Part shown: piece by piece, positions 50,974-60,801 of the stretch | Numbering within the stretch: the stretch's first letter is position 1 | Layout of the letters: the number at the start of each line of letters is the position of its first letter | From: a virus | Virus record (IMG/VR): IMGVR_UViG_3300045988_131721 | Span: 72,795-136,794 of that record | Length of the DNA stretch: 64,000 nucleotides | Direction: 5' to 3' (one strand) | Notes under the pieces: model-generated | What the model saw: the letters and a program-made list of their open reading frames with translations, nothing else | Told to the model about the DNA's origin: nothing | The model's database searches: none | Translations under genes and position numbers: made by a program

Positions 50974-52236
50974 TTATTTTTTAGTTCTCCATTTTTCTAA
51001 TCTACCACCGTAAGGTGCATTAGAATCTATAAATTCTTCATTTGGATTTATTATACCTATTGAATTAGCCTTTCCAGTTTTAGTTTTACTAAATGATTGA
51101 GCTTCTTTAACTTGTTTAGCCCACATTATAGCTAATTTCCCTTCATATTCTTCTTTAGATATTTCATGTTTTAATACTGTGTCTTGAAGTGCTTTAGCAT
51201 CTTCTGTATCTAAAGAATATTTTTCAGTTATAGAATCAATTTCTAATTTAAATTGTTTAGCATCGCTATCAGCTTTAAATTGTTTTAATTCTTCATAATC
51301 ACTCATGTTTTCTAATTGAGTTTTTAATTCTTCATATTCAACTTTTAATTGGTCAAAAGCAGTTTTTAATTGTGTATATTTTTCATCTTCTGTGTTATCT
51401 TCAACAGAATGATTTTCCTTATCTTTATCTTCTTCCTCTTCTGAACAATCTTCTTTCTTTTCTTCAGAATTATCTTGAGAACATTCTTCTTCATCTGGAG
51501 TGAAATCTTCTTGTTGAGTTTCCTCTTGATTTTCAAATTCTTCAGTTTCTTGAACTTCTTGATTTTCAAACTCTTTGTCCATTGTTTCACCTCCCTTTTC
51601 TAAAGAATAAATTTTCTTCATTTCTTCTAATTCAGTTTTAACATCTCCACAAGTGAACAGAGATAAGTTAGCTCCTGCCATAGCAGGTTTAACACCTACA
51701 CCAAGCATTGTTATACCTAAAAAAGTAAAATCAGTTATTTCAAAGAATCCATCTTCTCTAAAGCTGAAATCGTCAACATCTATTTCCATAGATACCTCTA
51801 ATGTACCATCATTAGAATCTAATACATCAAGTAATTGTTGGGAATATTCTCTCCATATTAATGCTGTGCAAGATAAATATTTCTTGCCGTCTTTTTCTAC
51901 TTGTGTAATTATAGTATCTTCTGGAACGAATCCATAAGCTTTTTCAAGATATATTAATTGATAATCATAACCATCTGGGGTGTCTGTAGTTTCTATTTTA
52001 GTATCATGTCCACCTAAAACCCATTTGTCATCTTCATTTTTATAAACATGAGCCAATAAAGGTATACCCCTAATACTTTTTTCGGCACATTTCATTTGTG
52101 TTTCTGAATCAAACCAAGAACCATTTAAATTGTCTTGGTCGTGGCATACAAGTATTCTGCATCCTACAAATCTACTATCACTTGAAGATTTAAAAACTTC
52201 CATTTCACTATATAATTTTAAATGTTTATTTCCCAA
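50974..52236 (-). CDS. scaffold protein, possibly with N-terminal prohead-protease-like domain
   Basis: Has a very acidic central linker and a C-terminal coiled coil. The N-terminal ...IPLLAHVY...GGHD loosely recalls HK97-type prohead proteases. TTG start. Confidence 0.45.
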   Translation of the reverse strand: MGNKHLKLYSEMEVFKSSSDSRFVGCRILVCHDQDNLNGSWFDSETQMKCAEKSIRGIPLLAHVYKNEDDKWVLGGHDTKIETTDTPDGYDYQLIYLEKAYGFVPEDTIITQVEKDGKKYLSCTALIWREYSQQLLDVLDSNDGTLEVSMEIDVDDFSFREDGFFEITDFTFLGITMLGVGVKPAMAGANLSLFTCGDVKTELEEMKKIYSLEKGGETMDKEFENQEVQETEEFENQEETQQEDFTPDEEECSQDNSEEKKEDCSEEEEDKDKENHSVEDNTEDEKYTQLKTAFDQLKVEYEELKTQLENMSDYEELKQFKADSDAKQFKLEIDSITEKYSLDTEDAKALQDTVLKHEISKEEYEGKLAIMWAKQVKEAQSFSKTKTGKANSIGIINPNEEFIDSNAPYGGRLEKWRTKK

Positions 52237-52260
52237 TTCTAATTCACACCCCCTTTCTTC

Positions 52261-52446
52261 TTAGAAAAATAATTTATTAGAAAACATGAATTTTCTTTTA
52301 TCTTCATTACTGAATTTAACTTTAGTACTATTAAGAAAAATATAAACAGTTTTATTGTCTATAATACCTTCAGATAAAAACACTAATCCTTGATTTAAAA
52401 GTTCATGTTTATCTTCTTCATTAAATGCATATATGAATTTATTCAT
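52261..52446 (-). CDS. small DUF5659-like protein
   Basis: 61 aa. The pattern IY.F......LLN.GL......I....VY.F is paralogous to 54336..54512. Confidence 0.45.
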   Translation of the reverse strand: MNKFIYAFNEEDKHELLNQGLVFLSEGIIDNKTVYIFLNSTKVKFSNEDKRKFMFSNKLFF

Positions 52447-52456
52447 AATATATCAC

Positions 52457-53308
52457 CTACTCATTTATATATAAAAATCCTTCACCTTGAAGTTTTGAAC
52501 TTATACCTAAGTCTTTAGTATGCTTAATAAGTCTTGCATATAATTCTTCTTCTGAAGGAATTCTACCATATTTATTTATAAATTTTTCTCTTAACAATAA
52601 TGCTGTTCCTGCAACTATAGGGCAAGCCATTGAAGTTCCACTACTTTTGCACCATTTATTGTTAAAATATACTGAAACAATATCAGTTCCAACAGCCACC
52701 AAATCTACCCATTTATTTGAATTACTATATTTTGCAATAGATAAATCTTGATTTACTGCACCAACGTTTACACATTCTTGATAACTAGCAGGATATCCAT
52801 ATTCATCTGTATCTGCATTTCCATCACCGTCATTACCTGCTGAAGTAACAACAAGAATACCACGTTTATTAGCTTCTTTTACTAATTCATGTAATTCTTC
52901 ATCACTTTTGGTACTTCCTAAACTCATAGATATAACATGAACATTTTGTTCTAAGGCATATTTAAAAGCATTTATAATACCTTCTATACTACCTTTACCT
53001 TTAGAGTTTAACGCTTTAGCAACTACTACTTCACACTCTGGTGCTACTTGTATTATCTCACCTATACAAAAACTACCATGATTATTTTTATCAGTGTAAT
53101 CTTCTGAAGTTCCTTCATTTGTAAAATTTTTACCTGCTACAATATTATTAACTATAAATGAATGAAGATGTGAACCTGTATCAATAATACAAATTCTTTG
53201 TCCTTTTCCTTTATATCCTTGTTCATGTAAAATTTGTATATTAGAAAGTTGTATTCCTTTACACATATAATTACTATAAGGATTTGTTGATAAAATATTA
53301 TAATCCAT
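52457..53308 (-). CDS. subtilisin-like serine protease (peptidase S8)
   Basis: Full catalytic triad context: IIDTG (Asp), NNHGSF (His), GTSMACP (Ser), and the oxyanion Asn in SAGNDG. Confidence 0.8.
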   Translation of the reverse strand: MDYNILSTNPYSNYMCKGIQLSNIQILHEQGYKGKGQRICIIDTGSHLHSFIVNNIVAGKNFTNEGTSEDYTDKNNHGSFCIGEIIQVAPECEVVVAKALNSKGKGSIEGIINAFKYALEQNVHVISMSLGSTKSDEELHELVKEANKRGILVVTSAGNDGDGNADTDEYGYPASYQECVNVGAVNQDLSIAKYSNSNKWVDLVAVGTDIVSVYFNNKWCKSSGTSMACPIVAGTALLLREKFINKYGRIPSEEELYARLIKHTKDLGISSKLQGEGFLYINE

Positions 53309-53316
53309 TATATCAC

Positions 53317-54309
53317 CTATCCTAAATTTAATTCTTTTATTAATATTCCTTCTATATTATCCATGTCATAATACCAAATTTCTAATAAATTAATATTATG
53401 TTCTTTAGCATAATTTCTTTTTCTTTTATCATGCTCTAATTGTCTTTCAAAATCCTTCTTTGACATCCAGGTCTTTTGCCATGATTTATGTTGTTCTCCT
53501 TGACATTCTATTAATAAATTATAATCTGGTAAATAAAAATCGTATGATAAATTGCCATTTCCTAATCCTAACAATCCCTCATATTTTACTTGTGTCTTAT
53601 AATTAATATTATATTTTTCTAATATATTTTTAGTTTTTGTTTCTAATTGTGAAGAATTACAATTTATGCAAATAACACCTGTATCAGCTCGATTTAAAAC
53701 TTTTAATTCCCTCTCAAATTCACTTCCACATTCTTGACATATAAATTTATATTTTTTATGACTCTTAGGAGTGACTTCATAAGAAGATTTATCATTATTA
53801 GGAGACCAATACTTCGCTTTATCGGGATATAAAGTACCAAAACTATCTAAAGGATGTACTTTACCTCGTCTAGTGCTACAATACGGACATCTATCACCTC
53901 TCGAAAACTGATGTCCCGTAGTTTTATAACTCCCATGTTGATTATTTTTGACACACTTTATATAAACTATTTTTTTAGCACCCTTATAAATCAGATAAGG
54001 ATTTAATTCATTCTTTTTCCAATCCCAGTATTTATTTAAAGGTTCTTTTAATTCTTGTTGAATATAATAGGCAAAACTATTTTCATAAGCATTACAGCAA
54101 TTGGTACATTTATCTTTTCTATTTATAAAACTATATTTAACGACGTCATATTCCTCATCACAATAAGGACATTTAACTCTAATATAAGTAGCATTATGTT
54201 TTTCATTCTTCATATCCATAGTTGTTTCATTTTTATGATAACTTCCTATATAAACATATCCGTCTCCACGATTTTCAACTCTTTCTTTGTGCTTTTCATT
54301 AAAATACAT
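53317..54309 (-). CDS. multi-zinc-ribbon protein with C-terminal PD-(D/E)xK (DUF559/Vsr-like) endonuclease fold
   Basis: Several CPYC...C..C ribbons, each followed by a YW(D/S).(K/N)N-type motif. The C-terminal YDFYLPDYNLLIECQGEQH is typical of DUF559-type nucleases. Likely a free-standing homing-type nuclease. Confidence 0.6.
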   Translation of the reverse strand: MYFNEKHKERVENRGDGYVYIGSYHKNETTMDMKNEKHNATYIRVKCPYCDEEYDVVKYSFINRKDKCTNCCNAYENSFAYYIQQELKEPLNKYWDWKKNELNPYLIYKGAKKIVYIKCVKNNQHGSYKTTGHQFSRGDRCPYCSTRRGKVHPLDSFGTLYPDKAKYWSPNNDKSSYEVTPKSHKKYKFICQECGSEFERELKVLNRADTGVICINCNSSQLETKTKNILEKYNINYKTQVKYEGLLGLGNGNLSYDFYLPDYNLLIECQGEQHKSWQKTWMSKKDFERQLEHDKRKRNYAKEHNINLLEIWYYDMDNIEGILIKELNLG

Positions 54310-54327
54310 ATATATTCCTCCTAATAT

Positions 54328-54341
54328 TTTATTAATTATTT
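54328..54341 (-). repeat. AT-box (perfect)
   Basis: Overlaps the stop of 54336..54512, upstream of the SD of 53317..54309. Confidence 0.8.
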
Positions 54342-54512
54342 TTTATTCCACTTATTTAATGCTAAATCTAAATCTTTATCTCTCATAAATACCCAAAATG
54401 TTTTATGATTATTGGGATTTAATCCACAAACATAATATTTAAGTCCTTCATTTATTAAAAAATTTTTTTGCTTAGCATCATAACATATATATAATGGATT
54501 TTTATATTTCAT
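54336..54512 (-). CDS. small DUF5659-like protein (58 aa, MKYKNPLYICYDAKQKNFLINEGLKYY...)
   Basis: ATG follows TAAGGAGG. Not in the ORF track because it is under 60 aa. Confidence 0.5.
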   Translation of the reverse strand: MKYKNPLYICYDAKQKNFLINEGLKYYVCGLNPNNHKTFWVFMRDKDLDLALNKWNKK

Positions 54513-54529
54513 ATTTAATCCTCCTTAAA

Positions 54530-55996
54530 TTAATAATCTCCAGCATTACTACTCTCTGGCATTCTATTCGGGTCACCAGACTCCTCTGATGCACTCGGTC
54601 TTCCACCAGTATCTCCAATTTCAGAACCATTCATAGTATGCGAGTTGGCTAATGGAGTCATCAAACTATTAAAATCTAATATACTTTCTATTTGAAGTAT
54701 ATTTAACGCTTCTAATGGTGAATATCCACATAATCCTAAATATTCCAATTTGCTTGCCCATGTAGTTAATCTATTGCAACTAGATTGGATTCTTTCCTCT
54801 TTATTAAATTTGGTTGTATCACAAAAACACAATTGAAAGTTCTTTAATGATGAATTTTTACTAAAAGCATAATTTAACCATATTTTAATTCTATCTAATA
54901 GATTTAATGGCATTAAACTATCTACAATTGTTCCATAGATTACAGATTGAGTACTACTTCTATTGTCTCCATTAAATAAATTACTATCTATACCAGCTGT
55001 ATCGTATACATTTTTAGTTAAATTGTTTATTTCCTCATAATCAGAAACTTTATTGGTTTGTAATGAAACGGAATCTATTGGATAAGGTGAACTTACAACA
55101 CCTATACCATCTCTGACATTTTTAACTAATGCTCTATGATAAAACGTTGCCGTTTCTGGTTCTATACTTAAATCACCATCATCATCCGTAGGTAATAATT
55201 GATGAATTAATTTAAAATTATTAGCCTCAATATTTTCCATGCTAGCATCTGCTAAATCTTTTATTCTACTTAAATCTAAAAGCAATCCAGAATAATATGG
55301 AATACCTTTACTTTCTATTACTTCTGGAAGAAAAGCTATTGCATTTTCAAGTGGTAACATATAATAGTTGTCTATGAAATTTTCATCATTTTTCAATTTA
55401 CCTGCTTTATAATCAGCGTATAAATTTTGAATATCTATTGGGTAATATCCTAATTGTTTAGTATTAATACCACTAAGTTTTATACTATAACCTAACATAA
55501 AAGATTCGGTATAAGTAACTTTGCATAAATCTTCTGGTAAAGAAACAAATGTAATATTATCACTTGTTTCTTGTTTATATAAATATATTTCTCCTTTTCT
55601 AAATTCGCTTTCTAAAATCCAGGGACAAAGAGTTTTTAAATTATATTTTTCTAACTCTAAACAGGCTTTTCTGTAAGATTTAAAAAAGTTATCTTGTCCT
55701 TTAGTTATAAATTTACTTGCATCTAATGGGACTAAATAATGGTCGTAAGTTAATAAATTCGATTTATAATTTATTATTTCTTTTAAATTACCATTAATAA
55801 CCCTCATTAATTCAGATTGTTGTTGTAGTGTAGTAACATTAGAATAAGGATTTTCTAAGGCACTAGCTATTGTATCCGTATCAACTTTACTTCTCTTTCT
55901 ACTACTAGCTACCTTATCTATACTATTTATATCAATCATAGAAGATTTCTGTGCAAATTCTAAATTATTCTTTCTATTATCTTTCCCTTCGTTCAA
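54530..55996 (-). CDS. portal protein
   Basis: 488 aa immediately downstream of terL. TTG start after AAGGTGGTGA. Confidence 0.7.
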   Translation of the reverse strand: MNEGKDNRKNNLEFAQKSSMIDINSIDKVASSRKRSKVDTDTIASALENPYSNVTTLQQQSELMRVINGNLKEIINYKSNLLTYDHYLVPLDASKFITKGQDNFFKSYRKACLELEKYNLKTLCPWILESEFRKGEIYLYKQETSDNITFVSLPEDLCKVTYTESFMLGYSIKLSGINTKQLGYYPIDIQNLYADYKAGKLKNDENFIDNYYMLPLENAIAFLPEVIESKGIPYYSGLLLDLSRIKDLADASMENIEANNFKLIHQLLPTDDDGDLSIEPETATFYHRALVKNVRDGIGVVSSPYPIDSVSLQTNKVSDYEEINNLTKNVYDTAGIDSNLFNGDNRSSTQSVIYGTIVDSLMPLNLLDRIKIWLNYAFSKNSSLKNFQLCFCDTTKFNKEERIQSSCNRLTTWASKLEYLGLCGYSPLEALNILQIESILDFNSLMTPLANSHTMNGSEIGDTGGRPSASEESGDPNRMPESSNAGDY

Positions 55997-56013
55997 ACAT
56001 TTTCACCACCTTT

Positions 56014-57774
56014 TTAATTAGCCAAGAAAATATGTCTCTTTTTCTTATTCCTATTTTTCTTTCTTATATCTCTTTCTATCAATTCTGCTAAATAATTACC
56101 ATAAGTAATAGAAGAATATCTATCCTTACGATTTCTTCCTTTTTCTTTAAGAACTATATCACCATTCCCCATAGTTTCATAATCTAAGTTTATTGATTCA
56201 AATATAAAATTAGATGTTTGAATAAATGGTGCTATTTTATTAGCATGATATTCTGCGTCTTGATGATATTTTAAGTCTTTACTAAAATCTCCTCTTTTTT
56301 CATTTTCTTCTATTAATAATCTTATTTTTTTACTACTAAAAGCATTTTTAAGATATACTGCACAATCATTATTTATTTTTTGATTCCCTTTAATTACATA
56401 TATACAATTTATACCATTTTTTAAAGGTTGAAAATCTTTTGATTGCGTACTCATATCATAAATGCCAAAAGGTTCGTAATGTTCATCAATATTTTCGTCA
56501 TAAGATGATTTTTCCATCTCTTGTATTACTGCTATACCTAAACCACCACCATCTATAATGATTTTATCAGCTTTAAATTCTGTATATAATCTCTTAATTC
56601 TAGTGGCTTGTTTTTCAAATTTCATACCATTATGTGATTCCATATAAACAACTTCTCTAATAATATTATTTCCACTAGGAAGTAATCTCCATAAAGTAAA
56701 AATAGAGTTATCATTTTTATTTGATTTGTTAGCTTTTGCCGTTGCTACGTCAACTGAAATTATTCTTATTTCATCTTTCTTTTTAGGCATTCGTTTTAAT
56801 TTTTCTTTCTTTTTATCTGGATTCCTATAATCGTCGTCCGTTAATGGATAATAACAATTCTTTAGAACTCTTGCATTCAACATATCTGCTGTATTAAAGA
56901 AACAATCTCCACTTTGTCCATGCCATATAGCACCATATTCCATATTAAATACAAATTCACCCATATCCTCTTTATCTTCTTCAATCTTATCTTTTAAGAC
57001 AAGTTTATGGTCTAAAGATGCCAAATAAGGAATTGCACAAGCAAATGCTTTTCCACTTTCAAACATTCTATTAAATATGGTTGTGAATTTTTCATAACTC
57101 CAGTGAACTTTTAACCATGCACTAGAAAGATATATTTCCATGTTAGATTCAAGAGGATAATCCTTATATTCGGGTTTTTCTAAAAATGGAGGTTTTCTTG
57201 GATTTGTTAAGAATTGTTTTAAAACTGAATTTATTATATCTAATTTGATAAGCCTAAATTCATCTGCAACCAATACATTCCCTCTCAAGCCCCTCGCTCC
57301 ATCATTAGAAGCTATAGCTGTTATTACAGAACCATTTTTAAATATACATTTAACATTATCTTTATTATTTTGAACTTTTTTAATTTCTTTTGCTAACGCA
57401 GGGTATTCCCTTCGTAAATCTTCAATCTTTTCGGTTATAATTAATCCTGCCTGGTCTTTGTTACCAGATGCAACTATTATTTTAGAACCTGGATATAATA
57501 TTGCTCTACAACATACAAATATCGCAGTTAGAAATGACTTACCGAGACCACGTGACGCAATAAAGCAGAAACTTGTGCATATATTCATCATGTAAAGTAA
57601 TACTTGTTGAAACCAATATAAATTAATTCCTAACCAATCCATACAAAATCTATGTGGATTTTTTCTAAAATATTCTGTCCATATTTTTACACCATCTAAT
57701 AAATTTTCATATGAATCTTTTTTTAAGTTTTTTCTTTGTTTGCATTTTAATCTATTCTCCATATCCTTTTTCAT
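56014..57774 (-). CDS. terL: terminase large subunit
   Basis: Walker A SRGLGKSF, Walker B VLVADEF, and a C-terminal RNaseH-like nuclease region (IIIDGGGLG). The start is uncertain: candidate ATGs at 57774 and 57762, and the ORF is open to 57801. Confidence 0.85.
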   Translation of the reverse strand: MKKDMENRLKCKQRKNLKKDSYENLLDGVKIWTEYFRKNPHRFCMDWLGINLYWFQQVLLYMMNICTSFCFIASRGLGKSFLTAIFVCCRAILYPGSKIIVASGNKDQAGLIITEKIEDLRREYPALAKEIKKVQNNKDNVKCIFKNGSVITAIASNDGARGLRGNVLVADEFRLIKLDIINSVLKQFLTNPRKPPFLEKPEYKDYPLESNMEIYLSSAWLKVHWSYEKFTTIFNRMFESGKAFACAIPYLASLDHKLVLKDKIEEDKEDMGEFVFNMEYGAIWHGQSGDCFFNTADMLNARVLKNCYYPLTDDDYRNPDKKKEKLKRMPKKKDEIRIISVDVATAKANKSNKNDNSIFTLWRLLPSGNNIIREVVYMESHNGMKFEKQATRIKRLYTEFKADKIIIDGGGLGIAVIQEMEKSSYDENIDEHYEPFGIYDMSTQSKDFQPLKNGINCIYVIKGNQKINNDCAVYLKNAFSSKKIRLLIEENEKRGDFSKDLKYHQDAEYHANKIAPFIQTSNFIFESINLDYETMGNGDIVLKEKGRNRKDRYSSITYGNYLAELIERDIRKKNRNKKKRHIFLAN

Positions 57775-58597
57775 CCTCCTCTGTATAAGGAGTTGAATCA
57801 TTATTTATTAACTTTTTAATAGGATTTAAGAAGTAACGATTTAACCACCATTTAATTCTATCCACATCATCGTATTCTGGGTGGACATCTGGAATAGGTT
57901 CATTTTTTTCTACTTTAGCAATTAATGTACCATAACTTAAATTATCGTCTTCACCATATTTGCTCATTTTAGATGGTAAAACATTTAATTCTTCCATACG
58001 TTTGGAAATTTGATTAGTTAAGTTTTCAAATGCTTTTTGGTCATTCTTGACTATAGCTCTTTCTCTTAGAACCTCTAACATACATATTGTTTTAATTAAA
58101 TTAACTTCTTGAATGGCTTTAGACGGATAATTATCTGTGTATTGTTCATATTTTCTTTGGAGTAATTCATACTCATCATCTTGAAATCCCTTACCCCAAA
58201 AGTTAACAACCTCACTTGAAGTAACTGTCTCTCCAGTAATAATATTAGTTACACCATCATAAGTAAGCATATTATCTAAAGATGTTAACCCTTTAAATGC
58301 TTTATCTCTATTCATTATTCTAGTATAATTACCTAAAAAATTATTGCCATATTTCTCAACACATTTCAGATATGTTTCTTCGTCATAATACATATCTAAA
58401 ACCATACATAAATGTATAAATGCTAATCTATGGTCGTTGTTATAATTTTTTAATAACTTTTTAAAATATTTATCAACTACTTCTTTACTCATGGGTAATT
58501 TCTTATCATGCTCATAAAGCATTGATTGTGTAGAGTAGAAATCTCTAACGGTAGGTTTAAATTTACCTGTAGCTGAACATTGTTTTGTGTCTGCCAT
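57752..58597 (-). CDS. putative terminase small subunit / DNA-packaging accessory protein
   Basis: First gene of the late block, overlapping terL. No motif recognised; the call is by position. Confidence 0.4.
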   Translation of the reverse strand: MADTKQCSATGKFKPTVRDFYSTQSMLYEHDKKLPMSKEVVDKYFKKLLKNYNNDHRLAFIHLCMVLDMYYDEETYLKCVEKYGNNFLGNYTRIMNRDKAFKGLTSLDNMLTYDGVTNIITGETVTSSEVVNFWGKGFQDDEYELLQRKYEQYTDNYPSKAIQEVNLIKTICMLEVLRERAIVKNDQKAFENLTNQISKRMEELNVLPSKMSKYGEDDNLSYGTLIAKVEKNEPIPDVHPEYDDVDRIKWWLNRYFLNPIKKLINNDSTPYTEEDEKGYGE

Positions 58598-58619
58598 TAT
58601 ATCACTCTCCTTTAAAATG

Positions 58620-58663
58620 AAAAAAATGGTTACGACTAATGGAAGGAGTTTTTAGCCGTAACC
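58620..58663 (-). terminator. terminator-like hairpin in the leader of the first late gene
   Basis: Leftward GGTTACGGCT-16 nt-AGTCGTAACC (9 of 10 bp paired) followed by ATTTTTTT, about 22 nt before the terS-like SD. Confidence 0.5.
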
Positions 58664-58745
58664 TAAAGGGGAGAATTTAATTTTTGAGCCTTATTTTAAA
58701 GACTCAAAAAATACTGATATAATTATCAATATCATTTCAATCCTT

Positions 58746-58776
58746 AAAATAAAAATACCACTCTTATTCGAGTGGT
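58746..58776 (-). terminator. intrinsic terminator ending the leftward early/middle block
   Basis: Leftward ACCACTC-GAATAA-GAGTGGT followed by ATTTTTATTTT. Confidence 0.7.
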
Positions 58777-58784
58777 TTAATTAA

Positions 58785-59912
58785 TTATTCAACTTTCATT
58801 ACATAACTTGCAACTATTCCATCTTCATCGAGTATTAATAATGTTTGAGAAGGCTTGTTATATAATTTTTTCTTCATAGCATAATCATCTGTTGAAATTA
58901 AACTTCCGTTCACATATATATCTGTATTATATTGTGAAAACATTTTAGGTTGATGATAATGTCCTAATAAAATTAAATCTATATTTTCACCACCTATAAC
59001 CATAGATAATTCTTCACTTACTTTATTTAAATTGACTTGGTCACCATGACATGAAACAACTGTATTTCCTTTTACATTCATTACAGATAATTCACCATTA
59101 TTTATCGAATCTAAAAATACAACATTAGATAAATTCGATGTTCTCATTTTAATCATTTCATTTAATAACATAGAATAATTGTTACTATTACTTCTGTCAT
59201 CTTTCATCATTTCTACTGCTTCATGATTACCATTATTTTGAGTTACAGTTAAATAAAAATAATTTGATAGTTTTTCTATTACCTGTGATATTATTTCGCT
59301 AACACTTACTATTTGTTTTACCAAAGATTCTTGATTAGATAATTTAATACTATTATGTAATTCACCAGATATTAAATCTCCGTTCAATACTAAATGTAAT
59401 TTATCTATATTATTATCAATACAATGTTCTATTGTTTTATCAATTATTTTATCTAACCTTTTTATGGCTATATCTTTATTATATTTATTTATTGAATTTT
59501 CTACAGTCATAGAAATATGTAAATCACTTAATATCAAAATTCCGTCTTTTCCACTAGAATCTTCTTTTGGAACATAGCGGTTCATTAATGGATTTCTTGA
59601 ATTTAAATTATTGATTTCTTCACTTATTAAATTCATTACATTTTCCATCCTAGATAACCCTCTTAATTGTCTATTCACTTCTGTCCTTAAATCAGTTAAC
59701 TTTATTTTTTCCTTTTTTATTTCAGCTAATGTTTTGCTATCTACATCATTTTCATTTATAGTTTCAAAATATAATTTAAATCCATATGCTAATTTCCTTA
59801 AATGGTCATCTGAATAATCTGTTTCATATTTTCTATTTATATCTTCCCATGACATATCGTTTAATTTATTAAGTTTATTTAAACAATCCTGTATTAATCC
59901 TTTTTTATTCAT
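58785..59912 (-). CDS. calcineurin-like metallophosphoesterase with N-terminal helical domain
   Basis: Motifs LSDLH, NGDL, GNHE, HGD and GHYH appear in canonical order. Confidence 0.75.
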   Translation of the reverse strand: MNKKGLIQDCLNKLNKLNDMSWEDINRKYETDYSDDHLRKLAYGFKLYFETINENDVDSKTLAEIKKEKIKLTDLRTEVNRQLRGLSRMENVMNLISEEINNLNSRNPLMNRYVPKEDSSGKDGILILSDLHISMTVENSINKYNKDIAIKRLDKIIDKTIEHCIDNNIDKLHLVLNGDLISGELHNSIKLSNQESLVKQIVSVSEIISQVIEKLSNYFYLTVTQNNGNHEAVEMMKDDRSNSNNYSMLLNEMIKMRTSNLSNVVFLDSINNGELSVMNVKGNTVVSCHGDQVNLNKVSEELSMVIGGENIDLILLGHYHQPKMFSQYNTDIYVNGSLISTDDYAMKKKLYNKPSQTLLILDEDGIVASYVMKVE

Positions 59913-59969
59913 AATTCCCTCCAAATAAACAAAAAAATAATTGGGAGGTTTTGTACCTCCCTTATTTAA

Positions 59970-60161
59970 TTATCTTTCAATTACATTTTCTATCTTAATT
60001 TTAACTTTATCCTCTCCAATAAAATTACTAAATAAATCTTCCAAAGAAAAAGTTTCTAAACCATAACCATCTTTATCTAGTTCTTCAATAATAATACCAT
60101 TATCAGTTTCTTTAACTCTTGATACTTTTATTTCTAATGTTTTTCCTTCTTTAAATATCAT
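59970..60161 (-). CDS. small hypothetical protein
   Basis: Start placed at MIFKEG after GGGGAG. Confidence 0.5.
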   Translation of the reverse strand: MIFKEGKTLEIKVSRVKETDNGIIIEELDKDGYGLETFSLEDLFSNFIGEDKVKIKIENVIER

Positions 60162-60179
60162 CAAACCACTCCCCATTTA

Positions 60180-60461
60180 TTAATTGTTACAAACCAATTG
60201 TTCAAGCATATATTTTAACGACGATTTTATCTCTTCAAAATTATAAAAACGATATATATCTGTTTTAAATATTTTACTACGTACACCTGTAGGGTATATT
60301 CTTTGAACCCCTGCACTCTTATCATTTACCGTATATGCTATTATTCTATTACAATCATAACATACCATTTCATACGTTAATGTATCCTTATTTAATTCAA
60401 ATCCCAACTCTTTTAATTTATTGTCTGTATCTTCATTGAAAATATAATATTTATTAAACAT
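60180..60461 (-). CDS. hypothetical protein
   Basis: 93-aa ORF with a GGGAGG SD. Confidence 0.55.
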   Translation of the reverse strand: MFNKYYIFNEDTDNKLKELGFELNKDTLTYEMVCYDCNRIIAYTVNDKSAGVQRIYPTGVRSKIFKTDIYRFYNFEEIKSSLKYMLEQLVCNN

Positions 60462-60478
60462 TACTCTTTTCCTCCCGT

Positions 60479-60781
60479 TTAAAATTCTAAAACAGATTCA
60501 CTTGTTGTTGCAACAACCACATCGCTTCCAAACAAACCTTTCAATACTAATTCTAAATCATCTATTAATAAATCTGTGTTTCTTCCTTTCATAACTATTT
60601 CAAAATTATTTCTATTCACCACTATCGGTTCTGGTATTTCTAATGCCATTTCTTTTGCTTTATCTAATATGTATTTTTTACTTTGTTCTGTAGCACATAT
60701 TATGGGAGAATCAAGGATAGCAGATAATTTTATCAAGTGGAAAGTTTTGCCATTTCCTCTATCCATTCTTAAAATTTTCAT
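60479..60781 (-). CDS. small P-loop-like protein
   Basis: GNGKT (Walker A-like) and LLIDDLE (Walker B-like) in only 100 aa. Confidence 0.35.
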   Translation of the reverse strand: MKILRMDRGNGKTFHLIKLSAILDSPIICATEQSKKYILDKAKEMALEIPEPIVVNRNNFEIVMKGRNTDLLIDDLELVLKGLFGSDVVVATTSESVLEF

Positions 60782-60801
60782 ATTTATCCTCCCTTTATTA
60801 A

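Noticed and set aside
51360-51600. Highly acidic low-complexity stretch (E/D/Q/N-rich) and its Lys-rich antisense ORF 51366..51590
   Set aside because: Read as the flexible acidic linker of the scaffold protein 50974..52236. The antisense K-rich ORF is just its mirror image.
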